This document shows positions 31,184-42,700 of a stretch of DNA of 64,000 nt, piece by piece. The DNA is taken from assembly GCA_037190985.1 (NCBI GenBank), contig JBBCKE010000022.1:8405-72404 (forward strand), read 5' to 3'. This DNA is from Alphaproteobacteria bacterium (GTDB taxonomy: Bacteria; Pseudomonadota; Alphaproteobacteria; Rhizobiales; Rhizobiaceae). Each line of letters begins with the position of its first letter. Within the stretch, counting starts at the first letter, position 1. Both the position numbers and the translations under genes were made by a program. The notes under the pieces were generated by a model, which searched no databases, was not told the DNA's origin, and saw only the letters and a list, made by a program, of their open reading frames with translations.

Positions 31184-31633
31184 TTACCTTTGAGGAAGGG
31201 AAGCGAGGATTTCGGCGAACGCCGCCCTTGCCTTCAGCGGATGCGGCCCGGCGACCGCCCGCTCCAGCGCTGCGCGCTCCGGCATCTCGCCGACGACCAC
31301 CAGCGCCACCATGCCGACCGCGTAATGCGACTTGCACATCAGCGGATAGACGCCTTCCTCGGTCAGCGTCACCGTGAAATCCTCGCCGATCCCGCCCTTG
31401 AAGGGTTCGGCGCCCGCCGGGAACATAGCCCGGATCGTTTCGGCATTGTGGTAGTCGTCGACGGGAACGAAGCGGATCGTGTCGCCCGGCGCGGCATGGA
31501 CGAAGGCGGGCTCGAACGCCATCTGCGCCTCCGGCCCTTCGCCGAGCATGCGGATTTCATGCTCGGCCGCATGGCCCGCGCCGGCAGCAAGCAGGCCCGC
31601 CATCACCGCCGCAATCGCCGTCCTTCTCCTCAT
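31184..31633 (-). CDS. paz: Pseudoazurin (type 1 blue copper protein)
   Basis: Signal peptide; MAFEPAFV; Cu ligands HN...C-K-S-H-Y-A-V-G-M. Confidence 0.88.
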   Translation of the reverse strand: MRRRTAIAAVMAGLLAAGAGHAAEHEIRMLGEGPEAQMAFEPAFVHAAPGDTIRFVPVDDYHNAETIRAMFPAGAEPFKGGIGEDFTVTLTEEGVYPLMCKSHYAVGMVALVVVGEMPERAALERAVAGPHPLKARAAFAEILASLPQR

Positions 31634-31717
31634 GCCCGCTTCCTCATATCCTCGACGCTAACCCCAGCATGCCCGCTTCGCCCGCCAAGACAAGGCGGCG
31701 TCGTGTCGCCCCGCCGC

Positions 31718-32974
31718 TCAGAACGGCAGGAAGCGCAATAGGTCGCCCTCGGCGATGCGCTCGGCCTCGGCCGGAATGACCGCGAGCCCGTCGGCGGCGC
31801 AGAGCAGCGCCACCCGCCCGGCGAAGGACGGCTTCAAAAGGTCGATCCGCGGCTCCTCGCCCGCCGGCCCGGTCAGGGAAACGCCGGCAAGCCGGGCGGG
31901 CCGGAACTCGATGCGGCCGGCCCGGCGCGTCTCGCCCGCCGCCGCCCGCGCCATGGTGACGAGCGGCTCGTGCCGGGCGATGCCGGCCGAGGCCGCGGCG
32001 ACACGCGCGCCGATCAGCCGCCAGGTCACGAAGGCCGAGACCGGGTTGCCCGGCAGCCCGAAATAGACCGCCTCTCCCATCCGGCCGATCGTCAGCGGCT
32101 TGCCCGGCTTCATCGCTACCTTCATCACATGCGCCTCGCCGCCCGCCTCGGCGAGAAGGCGCGGCATGTGGTCTTCCTCGCCGACCGAGACGCCGCCGGT
32201 CGAGACGACGAGGTCGGCGATCGCGGCGGCGCGCTCGAGTGCGGCGCGAAGCTGCGCCGGCTCGTCCGGCACCGCGCCGAGATCGATCGGCTCGATCCAC
32301 GGCAGCGCCAGCGCCGCGCCGAGCTGGAAGCGGTTGGAGTTCCATATCTGGCCGGGACCGAGCGCCTCGCCGGGCTGGCGCAGCTCCGATCCGGTCGAGA
32401 AGAAGGCGATGCGGAGACGACGGCGGACCGCGACGCTCGCCGCGCCCGCGGCCGCCAGCGCCCCGGCCTCGCGCGCGCCGATCGTCACGCCGCCGTCGAG
32501 GATCGCGCTGCCTTGCGCAAGGTCCTCGCCGGCGCGGCGGATGTTCTCGCTGGGGCGCGGCCGCCGCCTTATGACGACTGAAGTCCCCTCGACGGCCGTT
32601 TCCTCCTGCATGACGACGGCGTCGGCCCCGTCCGGCACCGGCGCGCCGGTGAGGATGCGCGCCGCGCGCCCCCGAGGCAGCGCCCCGCCGGAGGCGTCGC
32701 CGGCGGCGATGCGCTGCGCCAGCGGCAGCCGCCACGGCCCCTCGCCGATGAGGTCGGCGAGGCGCACGGCATAGCCGTCCATCGCCGAATTGTCGAAGGG
32801 CGGCAGCGGAACCGGGGTGAATACCTGGCCGGCCAGCACCCGGCCGACCGCGTCGCCGAGCGCCAGCGTCTCGGTCCCGTCCACCGGCCGGGCGAGCAGC
32901 AAGGCCCGCGCCACCGCCTCGTCGAAGGCAAGCAGCGCCCCGTCCTTCGCCGGCGCGTCGCAGGCGTCGCCCAT
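31718..32974 (-). CDS. moeA: Molybdopterin molybdotransferase
   Basis: PPFDNSAMDGYA, STGSEL, STGGVSVGEED, MKPGKP, GLPGNPVSA; ATG at 32974. Confidence 0.93.
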   Translation of the reverse strand: MGDACDAPAKDGALLAFDEAVARALLLARPVDGTETLALGDAVGRVLAGQVFTPVPLPPFDNSAMDGYAVRLADLIGEGPWRLPLAQRIAAGDASGGALPRGRAARILTGAPVPDGADAVVMQEETAVEGTSVVIRRRPRPSENIRRAGEDLAQGSAILDGGVTIGAREAGALAAAGAASVAVRRRLRIAFFSTGSELRQPGEALGPGQIWNSNRFQLGAALALPWIEPIDLGAVPDEPAQLRAALERAAAIADLVVSTGGVSVGEEDHMPRLLAEAGGEAHVMKVAMKPGKPLTIGRMGEAVYFGLPGNPVSAFVTWRLIGARVAAASAGIARHEPLVTMARAAAGETRRAGRIEFRPARLAGVSLTGPAGEEPRIDLLKPSFAGRVALLCAADGLAVIPAEAERIAEGDLLRFLPF

Positions 32975-33525
32975 CAGGCCGTCTCTCTCAGGGCGGCCAT
33001 AGATGGGCCGGCGAGAGCCGCGCCGGTCCATGCGTCGATCTCCCCGCGCGCCGGGGAAAGCGTCGTCCCGAGCTCGCCGGCGAACGCCTCCCATGCCGGC
33101 AGCCAGGCGTCCTGCACGGCGGTCAGCACCGGCACGCCGTCCAGCATCGCCTGCCCGATGGCGGCGCGCAGGCCGTGCCCCTCGGCCTCGCCCTTGCCGA
33201 AGCGGTTGAGGATCAGGATGTCGGCCCCGCGCGCCAGCGCGGCCTCGGCGAGCCCGCACAGCCCGGCCAGCGCCTGCGGGTCGAGCCGGCAGCCCTTGGC
33301 GCCGCTGCCGAGCGATTGCGAGATGACGTGGCGCTCGCCCGTGGCGAGGTCTTCGAGCCAGGTGGTGGCGCAGCAATCCTCGTCTGCCGCCGTCTCGCGC
33401 TGGACGTAGCCGGCGACGCGCGCGCCCCGCGCCTGAAGATCACGGGCCACCGCTTCCAGCAGAGCATCGATCGCGTCGTCGCGGCGATAACGGACGGCGG
33501 CGAGAAGCGGGAAGGGAGATGTCAT
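32974..33525 (-). CDS. DUF2478 family protein
   Basis: ISQSLGSGAKGCRLDP, LILNRFGKGEAEGHG, PVLTAV. Confidence 0.85.
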   Translation of the reverse strand: MTSPFPLLAAVRYRRDDAIDALLEAVARDLQARGARVAGYVQRETAADEDCCATTWLEDLATGERHVISQSLGSGAKGCRLDPQALAGLCGLAEAALARGADILILNRFGKGEAEGHGLRAAIGQAMLDGVPVLTAVQDAWLPAWEAFAGELGTTLSPARGEIDAWTGAALAGPSMAALRETA

Positions 33526-33621
33526 GCCGGTATCCTCGTTCTGGTCTCAGCACGATAGGCGTTCGCGGCCGGCTTTTCACCTGCGAACATCGTCCCGCCC
33601 GAACGGCCGCCGCATCGCTGC

Positions 33622-33635
33622 TTGATATGGATCAA
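33622..33635. promoter_or_regulatory. FNR/FixK-type box
   Basis: Perfect TTGAT-atgg-ATCAA between divergent DUF2478 and the Crp/Fnr gene. Confidence 0.88.
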
Positions 33636-33694
33636 GGGAGCCGCGCCCGAAACGGGAAACAAGGAACGTCTCGATCGGCATCGGCAGGGGACGC

Positions 33695-34393
33695 ATGGAA
33701 TCGACCGATCTGCCGCAGGTAAGGGCGCTGCCGCTCTTCGCCACCATGGCCGAAGCGAATTTCGGCCGGCTCATGCGCGCGGCCCGCGAGCAGGTGACTC
33801 CCGCCCAGACCGAGATCATCGCCGAAGGCGAGCCCGCGGACTTCCTCCATGTCGTCGTCGAGGGCCGCATCGAGCTCTACGCGCGCTGGAACGGCCGCGA
33901 GACGGTGCTGGAGATGGTGCGCCCGGGCCGCGCCTTCATCCTCGCCGCGGTGCTGAAGGACGGGGTCTATCTCAAGAGCGGGCGCACCGGCCGGCACTCC
34001 CGGCTGCTGCTGATTCCCGCCGGGGACGTCAGGGAGGCGTGCAGCAAAGACGGCGCCTTCGCCCGCGCCGTTCTCGACGAGCTGGCCGGCTGCTATCGCG
34101 AGATCGTCAAGCAGCAGAAGGACCTGAAGCTGCGCACGGCGGTCGAGCGGCTGGCCAACAGCCTGCTCGCTTTCGACGGCGAGCAGAACGGCGGCGGCTC
34201 GATCGAGCTGCCCTGCGACAAGCGCACGCTGGCCTCGCTGCTCGGCATGACGCCCGAGAACCTGTCGCGCGCCTTCGCCACGCTGAAGCCCTACGGCGTC
34301 GAGGTCGACGGCGCGCGCATAAGGCTCACCGATATGGCGTCGCTGGAACGGCTGGCCAAGCCGACGCCGCTGATCGACGACGCCACGCTCTGA
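33695..34393 (+). CDS. Crp/Fnr family regulator (NarR/FtrB-like)
   Basis: EGEPADFLHVV, FILAAV, LKLRTAVERLAN, LGMTPENLSR HTH; no N-terminal Fe-S Cys cluster. Confidence 0.9.
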   Translation: MESTDLPQVRALPLFATMAEANFGRLMRAAREQVTPAQTEIIAEGEPADFLHVVVEGRIELYARWNGRETVLEMVRPGRAFILAAVLKDGVYLKSGRTGRHSRLLLIPAGDVREACSKDGAFARAVLDELAGCYREIVKQQKDLKLRTAVERLANSLLAFDGEQNGGGSIELPCDKRTLASLLGMTPENLSRAFATLKPYGVEVDGARIRLTDMASLERLAKPTPLIDDATL

Positions 34394-34435
34394 ACGTTGG
34401 ATAACCCGGTTCGTTTCGAAGCCGTTCCGAAAATA

Positions 34436-34969
34436 TCAGAACAGCTCGACCGCCCCGGCCTCGGCCGGCGGCGCGGCGGGGCGGATGCGCTTTTCCACGT
34501 CGAAGACCTGCGCGCTCTCGCGCTCCATCAGCGACTGCCGCGCCCGGCCCGAGACCGGCCAGAACTGGATCTTGCGGCCATGCTCGCCGCGCAGGCTGCC
34601 GCCGACATGGGCGATGCCTTCCGCCGCGAGGAAGCGCAGCGCGAAATCGGCATTCTGGCTGCCGATGTCGGTCAGGCCGTCGATCAGCCGCGCGCCGCCG
34701 AACAGCTTGGCTTCCAGCCGCTCGCGCCGCGCGCCGCCCGACAGGAGGGCGTTGACCAGCAGCTCCATGGCGTGGACGCCGTAGCGTTGCGCCGCGCGGT
34801 CCACCCCCGGCGAATGGCCGCCGGGCAGGAGGAAATGGTTCATGCCGCCGACGCCGGCGACCGGATCGCGGATGCAGGCGGCGACGCAACTGCCGAGGAG
34901 GGTGGTCAGGACCGCGTCGGGATTGTCGGTGATGAAGTGCTCGCCCTGGACGACATGCACCCGCATCAC
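34436..34969 (-). CDS. cheD: Chemoreceptor glutamine deamidase
   Basis: [38 protein letters not shown]. Confidence 0.95.
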   Translation of the reverse strand: MMRVHVVQGEHFITDNPDAVLTTLLGSCVAACIRDPVAGVGGMNHFLLPGGHSPGVDRAAQRYGVHAMELLVNALLSGGARRERLEAKLFGGARLIDGLTDIGSQNADFALRFLAAEGIAHVGGSLRGEHGRKIQFWPVSGRARQSLMERESAQVFDVEKRIRPAAPPAEAGAVELF

Positions 34970-36003
34970 ACGGCCTCGCGCGCGAGGTTGCAGCGGTTGA
35001 CGATCTCCGCGCCGATGCGCTCCAGCGGCAGTTGCCGCTCGACCGCGCCGATCTCGTGCGCCACCTTCGGCATGCCGTAGACGACCGAGGTCGCCTCGTT
35101 CTGGCCGATGGTCGTGGCCCCGGCCTTGCGCATCGACAGGAGCCCTTGCGCCCCGTCACGGCCCATGCCGGTCAGGATGACGCCGACCGCGGCGTTGCCG
35201 GCGCATTTCGCCACCGATTCGAACAGCACGTCGACCGAGGGGCGGTGGCCGTTGACAGGCGGCTCGGCGACCAGCCGGCAGCGCTTCTGCGCGTGGCCGA
35301 CGACCTGGAGATGCGCCTCGCCGCCCGGCGCCAGCCATACCTGCCCCGGCTCCAGCGGCGCGCCCTCATAGGCTTCGCCGACCTGCGCCGCGCAGGTCCG
35401 GTTCAGCCGCTCGGCGAAGCTTCGGGTGAAGGTGCCCGGCATGTGCTGGGTGATGACGGTCGGCGGGCAGTTGGCGGGAAAGGCCGACAGCACCGTCAGC
35501 AGCGCCTCGACGCCGCCGGTCGACGAGCCGATGGCGACGATGCGCCCGTCGGGCCGGAAATCGCCGGCCGCCGCATGGGCGGGCGCGCGGTCGGAGCCGG
35601 GCCGCACCCGCGCCCGGCCGGCGGCCTTGACCCGCGCCGCGAGCTCGGCGAAGGCCTGCTCGGCCGGCAGGCCGGCGCCCGGCTTGCCGACGCAGTCGAC
35701 CGCGCCGAGCTCCAGCGCGGCGAGGCTGACCTCGGCGCCGACATGCGTCAGCGTCGAGACCATCACCACCGGCATCGGCCGAAGGCGCATGATCTTCTCG
35801 AGGAAGGCCAGCCCGTTCATGTTCGGCATCTCGACGTCGAGCGTCACCACGTCGGGGTTGAGCCGCTTGATGGCGTCGCGCGCCTCGAGCGGGTCGCCGG
35901 CCTGGCCGACGACCGTGATCTCCGGATCGCGGCGCAGCACGGCGGTGATCAGCCCGCGCATGGTCGCGCTGTCGTCGACGACCAGCACCTTGACCGTGCT
36001 CAT
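34966..36003 (-). CDS. cheB: Chemotaxis methylesterase (REC + CheB)
   Basis: VLVVDDS, LDVEMP, IGSSTGG, TQHMP, HRPSVD, GMGRDGA; ATG at 36003. Confidence 0.95.
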   Translation of the reverse strand: MSTVKVLVVDDSATMRGLITAVLRRDPEITVVGQAGDPLEARDAIKRLNPDVVTLDVEMPNMNGLAFLEKIMRLRPMPVVMVSTLTHVGAEVSLAALELGAVDCVGKPGAGLPAEQAFAELAARVKAAGRARVRPGSDRAPAHAAAGDFRPDGRIVAIGSSTGGVEALLTVLSAFPANCPPTVITQHMPGTFTRSFAERLNRTCAAQVGEAYEGAPLEPGQVWLAPGGEAHLQVVGHAQKRCRLVAEPPVNGHRPSVDVLFESVAKCAGNAAVGVILTGMGRDGAQGLLSMRKAGATTIGQNEATSVVYGMPKVAHEIGAVERQLPLERIGAEIVNRCNLAREAV

Positions 36004-36884
36004 CGCGCGCCGCCCTTGAGCCGGTAGGTCGTCAGCCCGTCGGTCTCGAACCTGTCCATGTCGGTCACGCGCTCGGAATGGCCGACATAGAGCCGCCCGC
36101 CCGGATTGAGCAGCGGCGCGAAGCGCGACCAGATGCGCGCCTGCGTCGGCTCGTCGAAATAGATGACGACGTTGCGGCAGAAGATGACGTCGAACCGGCC
36201 CTTCATCGGCCAGTTGCCCATCAGGTTCAGCTCGCGGAAGGCGACGAGCCGGCGCATGTCCTCGCCCGCGCCCCAGGCTTCGCGGCTGCCGTCGCGCACG
36301 CGCACCATCCAGCGGTCGCGCAAGGCTGCCGGCACCGGCTGCACCGCCTCGTTGGAATAGACGGCGGCGCGGCCCGTGGCCACCACGTTGGGATCGATGT
36401 CGCTGGCGAGGATGCGCACGTCGAGGCTCGCCGCCTCGGGCAGCATCTCCAGCATCGTCAGGGCGATCGAATAGGGCTCCTGCCCCGTAGAGCAGCCGGC
36501 CGACCAGATGCGCACCCGGCCACGCGCCCGCGCCCGTGCCACGAGCTCGGGCAGCACCTTCGTCTTCAGATGCTCGAAATGGTGCGGCTCGCGGAAGAAG
36601 CGGGTGACGTTGGTGGTCAGCGCCGCCAGCATGTTCTGCCGCTCGCCGAGCCCTTCGGCGCCCGCCACCAGCCGGCAATAGTCCTGGAAGCTCTCGATGC
36701 CGAGGACCCTCAGCCGCTTGGCCAGCCGCGAATAGACCAGCGAGGCCTTGCTTTCGGTCAGCGCGATGCCCGCATCCTCGTAGAGCATGCGCGCGATCGA
36801 CGTGAAATCCGCGGTGGTGAAGAGAAACTCTCCATCGACGAGCGCCTGTCCGCGCCCGTCTCTGGAGCGGGCCGCAGTCGTCAT
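36000..36884 (-). CDS. cheR: Chemotaxis methyltransferase
   Basis: [42 protein letters not shown]. Confidence 0.95.
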   Translation of the reverse strand: MTTAARSRDGRGQALVDGEFLFTTADFTSIARMLYEDAGIALTESKASLVYSRLAKRLRVLGIESFQDYCRLVAGAEGLGERQNMLAALTTNVTRFFREPHHFEHLKTKVLPELVARARARGRVRIWSAGCSTGQEPYSIALTMLEMLPEAASLDVRILASDIDPNVVATGRAAVYSNEAVQPVPAALRDRWMVRVRDGSREAWGAGEDMRRLVAFRELNLMGNWPMKGRFDVIFCRNVVIYFDEPTQARIWSRFAPLLNPGGRLYVGHSERVTDMDRFETDGLTTYRLKGGAR

Positions 36885-37351
36885 GCCGCCTCCGCTTCCT
36901 GCTCCGGCAGGATGCGTTCGAGGCCGATCATGCCGATCATCCGGCCTTCGACGGCGAGGATGCCGCGCACGAAGGAGCGCACCGTGTCGCTCGCCACGTT
37001 CGGCGTCGGCTGCACCATGTCGTCGGTGACGGAGAGGATATCGCAGACCGCGTCGACCAGCAGCCCGACCTCCTGCGCACCGGTGCGCACGACGATGATG
37101 ACGTGGCGCGCTTCCGGCGTCGTCAGCCCGAAGCCGAGCCGGGCCGACAGGTCGATGATCGGCAGCACCGAGCCGCGCAGGTTGATGACGCCGCGCATGA
37201 ATTTCTGGGCGTGGGGCAGCGGCGTCGCCGGCGTCCAGCCGCGGATTTCCCGCACGGCCATGATGTCGACGCAGAATTCCTGCTGCCCGATCATGAAGGC
37301 GATCAGCTCGCGCCTGCGATCCGATGCCCGCCTGTTATGCTCCTCGCTCAT
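36881..37351 (-). CDS. cheW: Chemotaxis coupling protein
   Basis: [36 protein letters not shown]. Confidence 0.95.
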   Translation of the reverse strand: MSEEHNRRASDRRRELIAFMIGQQEFCVDIMAVREIRGWTPATPLPHAQKFMRGVINLRGSVLPIIDLSARLGFGLTTPEARHVIIVVRTGAQEVGLLVDAVCDILSVTDDMVQPTPNVASDTVRSFVRGILAVEGRMIGMIGLERILPEQEAEAA

Positions 37352-37445
37352 GTCCCGTTTCCCCAGCCCGTTCCCCTAGCCTCGCGGGTCGTGGCAGCCG
37401 CCAGCGATCCCGCCGTTTCCCGCGCCCCACACTGGGCCGGGCGCG

Positions 37446-37461
37446 GTTAATTTCGGGTTTA
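37446..37461 (-). promoter_or_regulatory. CtrA-like box upstream of cheW
   Basis: Minus strand TAAA-cccgaaa-TTAAC, one mismatch to TTAA-N7-TTAAC. Confidence 0.5.
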
Positions 37462-37540
37462 GAAAGAACCCGGCGAAAGCCCCCTCGCGCCGGATTCACC
37501 CGCCGCCCGGCATGGGCCGGAGCGACGGTTTTCGGGAAGC

Positions 37541-39502
37541 TCAGAACTCTTCCCAGCCCTCGTCGGCCGGCTGGGCGGCCAGAAGCGCGGCCGCCTGCCC
37601 GGAGCCGGAAGAAACGCTCTTCAGGGCCGGGGCCACGGGGCGCGCCGGCGCGACGCCGGAAGCGGACGGCCGGCGTTGAGCGGGCCGCGCGACGTCTCGC
37701 TCACCGCCGCCGAGGCGGAACTTCGCCACGAGCTGCGCCAGCTCATCGGCCTCCTGGGCGAGGTTGTGGCTCGCCGCCGTCGACTGCTCGACCATGGCCG
37801 CGTTCTGCTGCGTCACCTGATCCATCTGGTTGACGGCGGAGTTGACCTCGCCGAGGCCGGTCGACTGCTCGCGCGCCGAGGCCGCGATCTCCGCCACCAG
37901 CCCGGTGATCTCGCCGACCTGGACGACGATCTTCTCCAGCGCCTCGCCGGTCTGGCCGACCAGGTCGACGCCCTGCTCGACCTGCTGCGTCGAGGTCGAG
38001 ATCAGCTGCTTGATCTCCTTGGCCGCCTCGGCCGAACGCTGCGCCAGCGCCCGCACCTCCTGGGCGACGACGGCGAAGCCCTTGCCCGCGTCGCCGGCGC
38101 GCGCGGCCTCGACGCCGGCATTGAGCGCCAGAAGATTGGTCTGGAACGCGATCTCGTCGATGACGCCGATGATCTGGCCGATCTGCTGCGACGACTTCTC
38201 GATCTGCGCCATCGCCTTCACCGCCTGGCGCACCACCTCGCCCGACTTCTCGGCGCCGATGCGCGCCTGTCCCGTCACCTCGGACGCCTGATGCGCGCCC
38301 TCGGCCGTCTTCTTCACCGTCGCGGTGATCTCGTCGAGCGCCGCGGCCGTCTCCTCGAGGCTCGCGGCCTGCTGCTCGGTGCGCCGCGACAGATCGTCCG
38401 CCGCCTGGCTGATCTCGCCGGTGCCATTGCGCATGCCGCCGATCGCCTCGGCGATCGTGGCCATCGTGTCCTGAAGCTGCGCCGCGGTGCTGTTGAAATC
38501 GTCCTTGAGCTTCTGCGCCTTGGGCGAGAACGGCTCGGCGATGCGCCAGGTCAGGTCGCCCGCCGCCAGCGCCGACAGGCCGTTGGCCAGCGCCGTGACC
38601 ACGGCATGGTCCTCGGCCGCGTCGCGGGCCTTGTCGGCCTCGTTGCGGGCACGCTCGCTCTCGGCCGCCGCCCGCGTCTCGTTGGTCTCGGCCTCGAGCC
38701 GGATCTTCTCGATCGCCGCTTCCTTGAACACGAGGACGGCGCGCGCCATCTCGCCGATCTCGTCGCCGCGCGCGACGGCGGGGACCTCGACCGAATTATC
38801 GCCCGAGGCGAGGCGCCCCATCACGCCGGTCAGCGCGTTGACGGGCGTCGCGATCATCCGCGACAGCAGCCAGCCGAGAACCGCGGAGATGAGGACCGCG
38901 AGGCCGACGCCGACATAGAGCACCATCTCGGTCAGCGCCGTCACCGAATGGCGCTGCTCGATGGCGGCGGCCGCGGCCGCGCGCTCGCCCTCGGCAAGGG
39001 CGGAAAGGGCGTCCTCGATCGGCTCCATCAGCCCGTCGGCCTTGCCGTTCTGGCCGACCATCTCGACCGCCTTGAAGCGGAAGATCGGATCGGCGGCCAG
39101 CTTGCGGCCCTCGTCGACGATCTCGCGCTGCCAGGCGTCCATCTTTGCGATCACATCGGCGATGCCGGCGCCGATCTCGGCTTCGTCGCCACGGCCGGCC
39201 TTGGAGGCGCGCAGTTCGTCGAGATGGCGGTTGAAGGTGGCGCGGTGGCTGTCCAGCCGCTCGATGTAATAGGGGTCGTTGGTCAGGAGGAAGCCGCGAT
39301 AGCTGTTCTCCTGCCGCGCGAGGCGGAACTCGGCGCGGGTGATGATGTCGACCGCCAGATTGGCGTCGGCTTCCGCCTGAGTCGCCTTCTCGAGCTGGGC
39401 GATGTTCCAGAAGATCACCGCGCTCATCGCGACGATGGCGGCCACAACGGCGGCGAAGGCAAGCGCGAGCTTGCGCGAGATGCTGAGATTGTTGAACGAC
39501 AC
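37541..39502 (-). CDS. Methyl-accepting chemotaxis protein (2 TM, CHASE3-like sensor, HAMP, C-terminal GWEEF pentapeptide)
   Basis: RTEQQAASLEETAAA, IAFQTNLLALNAGVEAARAG..GKGFAVVA; GTG at 39502. Confidence 0.95.
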   Translation of the reverse strand: MSFNNLSISRKLALAFAAVVAAIVAMSAVIFWNIAQLEKATQAEADANLAVDIITRAEFRLARQENSYRGFLLTNDPYYIERLDSHRATFNRHLDELRASKAGRGDEAEIGAGIADVIAKMDAWQREIVDEGRKLAADPIFRFKAVEMVGQNGKADGLMEPIEDALSALAEGERAAAAAAIEQRHSVTALTEMVLYVGVGLAVLISAVLGWLLSRMIATPVNALTGVMGRLASGDNSVEVPAVARGDEIGEMARAVLVFKEAAIEKIRLEAETNETRAAAESERARNEADKARDAAEDHAVVTALANGLSALAAGDLTWRIAEPFSPKAQKLKDDFNSTAAQLQDTMATIAEAIGGMRNGTGEISQAADDLSRRTEQQAASLEETAAALDEITATVKKTAEGAHQASEVTGQARIGAEKSGEVVRQAVKAMAQIEKSSQQIGQIIGVIDEIAFQTNLLALNAGVEAARAGDAGKGFAVVAQEVRALAQRSAEAAKEIKQLISTSTQQVEQGVDLVGQTGEALEKIVVQVGEITGLVAEIAASAREQSTGLGEVNSAVNQMDQVTQQNAAMVEQSTAASHNLAQEADELAQLVAKFRLGGGERDVARPAQRRPSASGVAPARPVAPALKSVSSGSGQAAALLAAQPADEGWEEF

Positions 39503-39610
39503 TGTTGACCCCCAAGCCCCATACTGATCCGGGCCGTCCACCCGGGCGCCGCACGCCCGAATCGGCAAAAGCGAAACGGGAAGGCGCACCGCACTCTTCC
39601 CTTCCTTCGA

Positions 39611-39625
39611 TTAACAACCCGCTAA
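39611..39625 (-). promoter_or_regulatory. CtrA-like box upstream of the MCP
   Basis: Plus strand TTAA-caacccg-CTAA; a further GTTAA half-site at 39650. Confidence 0.5.
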
Positions 39626-39749
39626 TAAGAAAGTCCGCCGATCGGAAAAGTTAATCCGGCTACATCAGGTTTCGCATGTATCGTTTCGATGCCGAATCGG
39701 ATGCGGGAAGTCGATCCGCCGCCCGCATCTTCAAAAGTGCGGCCGTTGG

Positions 39750-42700
39750 TCAGCCGGCAAGCCCGGCTTCGACTTCGGCGCGCACGCGCCGCGCCGCCTC
39801 TTCCTTGACCGGGCCGTAGCCGCGTATGTCCAGCGGCCTTGCCAGCACGCGGCACAGTTCGCCATGCGTCGCGGCGTCGAGCCTTGCGAGGGCGCGCTCC
39901 ACCGCCGCCTCGTACCAGCCGATCAGCGCGCGCTCCATGCGCCGCTCCGCCGTGTGCCCGAACGGATCGAACGCCGTGCCGCGCAGCCGCTTCATCCGCG
40001 CCAGAAGCCGCATCGGCAGCCGGATCCACGGCCCGAACGCCCGCTTCAGCGGCCGGCCGCGCGCATCGAGCCCGGCGGCGAGGAAGGGCGGCGCCAGATG
40101 ATGGACGATGCGGAAATCGCCGTCGAACTCCGCCTTCAGCCTGTCGGCGAACCCGGTCTCCATATGCAGCCGCGCCACCTCGTACTCGTCCTTGTAGGCC
40201 ATCAGCCTGAACAGCGCCCGCGCCACGTTCCGCGCCAGCTCGTCTGTGCCGAGCGGCGCTTCCGCCCGCGCCACCTTGTCGACGAAGGCGGCGTAGCGGC
40301 CGGCATAGACGGCATCCTGATAGTCGGTCAGGAAGGCCGCCCGCCGGGCGACGATCTCGCCGAGCGTCTCTTCCTTTCCGCGCGGCGGCGCAAGGAAGCC
40401 GGCAAGCCGCTCCGGCATCGCGGCGGCGACGCGGCCGATGAGGAAGGCGCGGCGGTTGGCCTCGATGGCGACGCCGTTCAGCTCGATGGCGCGGTCGAGC
40501 GCGGCGAAGCCGACCGGCACGAGGCCGCGCTGCCAGGAAAAGCCGAGCATGACGATATTGGCGAAGACGGTGTCGCCCATCAGCGTCTCGGCGACATGGT
40601 TGGCGTCGAGCGCCGCCAGCCCGTCGCCGCCGACCGCCTCGCGGATCGCCGCCACCCGGCGCTCGACCGCAAGATCGGCGTCGCGCCGGCGCACGATGTC
40701 GCCGGTCGGCATTTTCGCCAGATTGAGCGCGGCCTTCATGCCCGGCCGGTAGCAGGAAGACGCCTTGGGCGAGGAGGAGACGACGATGTCGCAGCCGATC
40801 AGCGCGTCGGCCGCGCCGCGGTCGATGCGCACCTGGTTGATGGCCTCGGGGTTTTCCGCCAGCCGCACGAAGGACAGGACCGGGCCGAACTTCTGCGCGA
40901 AGCCGGTGAAGTCGAGCACCGACGCGCCCTTGCCTTCGAGATGCGCGGCCATCGTCACCAGCGCGCCGACCGTGACGACGCCGGTGCCGCCGACGCCGGT
41001 GATGAGCAGATCGTAGGGTTCGCCCAGAGAGGGAAGCGCCGGCGCGGCAAGATCGCCACCGAGGGCGTCGAGATCGGGCGCGATGCGCCCCGCCTTGCGC
41101 CGCACCGCGCCTTCCAGCGTCACGAAGCTCGGGCAGAAGCCGTCGATGCAGGAAAAGTCCTTGTTGCAGGACGACTGGTTGATGCGCCTTTTGGTGCCGA
41201 ACGCGGTCTCGACCGACTCGACCGACAGGCAGTTCGACTGCACCGAGCAATCGCCGCAGCCCTCGCAGACCAGCTCGTTGATGACGACGATGCGCTTCGG
41301 GTCCTCCATCGTGCCGCGCTTGCGCCGGCGGCGCTTTTCCGTAGCGCAGGTCTGCTCGTAGATCAGCACCGAGACGCCCTTGACCGCGCGCAGCTCGCGC
41401 TGGAGCGCATCCATCTCGCGGCGATGGTGGATCGTCGTGCCGGCGGGAAAATCGGGCGCGGAGAACTTCTCCGGCGCGTCGCTGACGAGCGCGATGCGCT
41501 CGACGCCCTCGGCGCGGCAGGCATGGGCGATGCCGACGACGCTGACCGGCCCGTCCACCGGCTGGCCGCCGGTCATGGCGACCGCGTCGTTGTAGAGGAT
41601 CTTGTAGGTGATGTTGGCGCCGGCCGCGACCGCCTGCCGGATCGCCATCGAGCCGGAATGATACCAGGTGCCCTCGCCGAGATTCTGGAAGATATGCCCG
41701 CCGCCGGTGAACAGCGACGAGGCCGCCCAGTTCACACCCTCGCCGCCCATCTGGATCAGCGAGGTGGTGTCGCGGTCCATCCAGCTCGCCATGAAGTGGC
41801 AGCCGATGCCGGCCAGCGCCTGGCTTCCTTCCGGCACCCTGGTCGAGGTGTTGTGCGGGCAGCCCGAGCAGAAATAGGGCGTGCGCGTCGCCCCCGGCAC
41901 CGAGATCGAGATGGCGGGCCCGGCGTCGAGCCGCGCTGCGCGCGCGGAAAAACCGTGCCCGGGAAAGATGCCGTCGAGCCGCTTCGCCACCAGCGGCGCC
42001 AAGAGGCGCGGCGACAATTCGCCCGTCCACGGGATCAGCCGCGCGCCGGTCTCGTCGCGCTTGCCGACCATGGCGCGCGGCTTGTGGCCGGGCCAGTCGT
42101 AGAAATATTCCTTGAGCTGGCTCTCGATGATGCCGCGCTTCTCCTCGATCACCAGCACCTCGTCCTTGCCGCGCACGAAGTCGAGCGCGTCGCGCCGGGC
42201 GAGCGGCCACACCATGCCGACCTTGTAGATGTCGATGCCGAGGGCGCGGCATTCGCGCTCGCCGAGGCCGAGGAGCCGCAGCGCCTCCATCAGGTCGAGA
42301 TGGCCCTTGCCGGTGGTGACGATGCCGAAGCGCGCATCGCCGACCTCGTAGACGTGGCGGTCGATCGGGTTGGCCTCGGCGAAGGCGAACACCGCCTGCT
42401 TCTTCGCCTCCATCCGCTCCTCGATCTGCGGCCCGGGCAGGTCGGGCCAGCGATAATGCAGCCCGCCGGCGGGCAGCGCGATGGCCGGCTGCACGAAGGC
42501 GCGGTCGGGCCGGAGCTCGACGGACGCCGCCGATTCGACGGTCTCCGAGATCGCCTTGAAGCCGACCCACATGCCCGAAAAGCGCGACAGCGCGTAGCCC
42601 CATTCGCCGAAGGCCGGATACTCGGCTATGGAGGCGGGGTTCAGCGTCGGCATGAACCAGGCCATGAAGGCGACGTCCGACTGGTGCGGCATCGAGGAGG

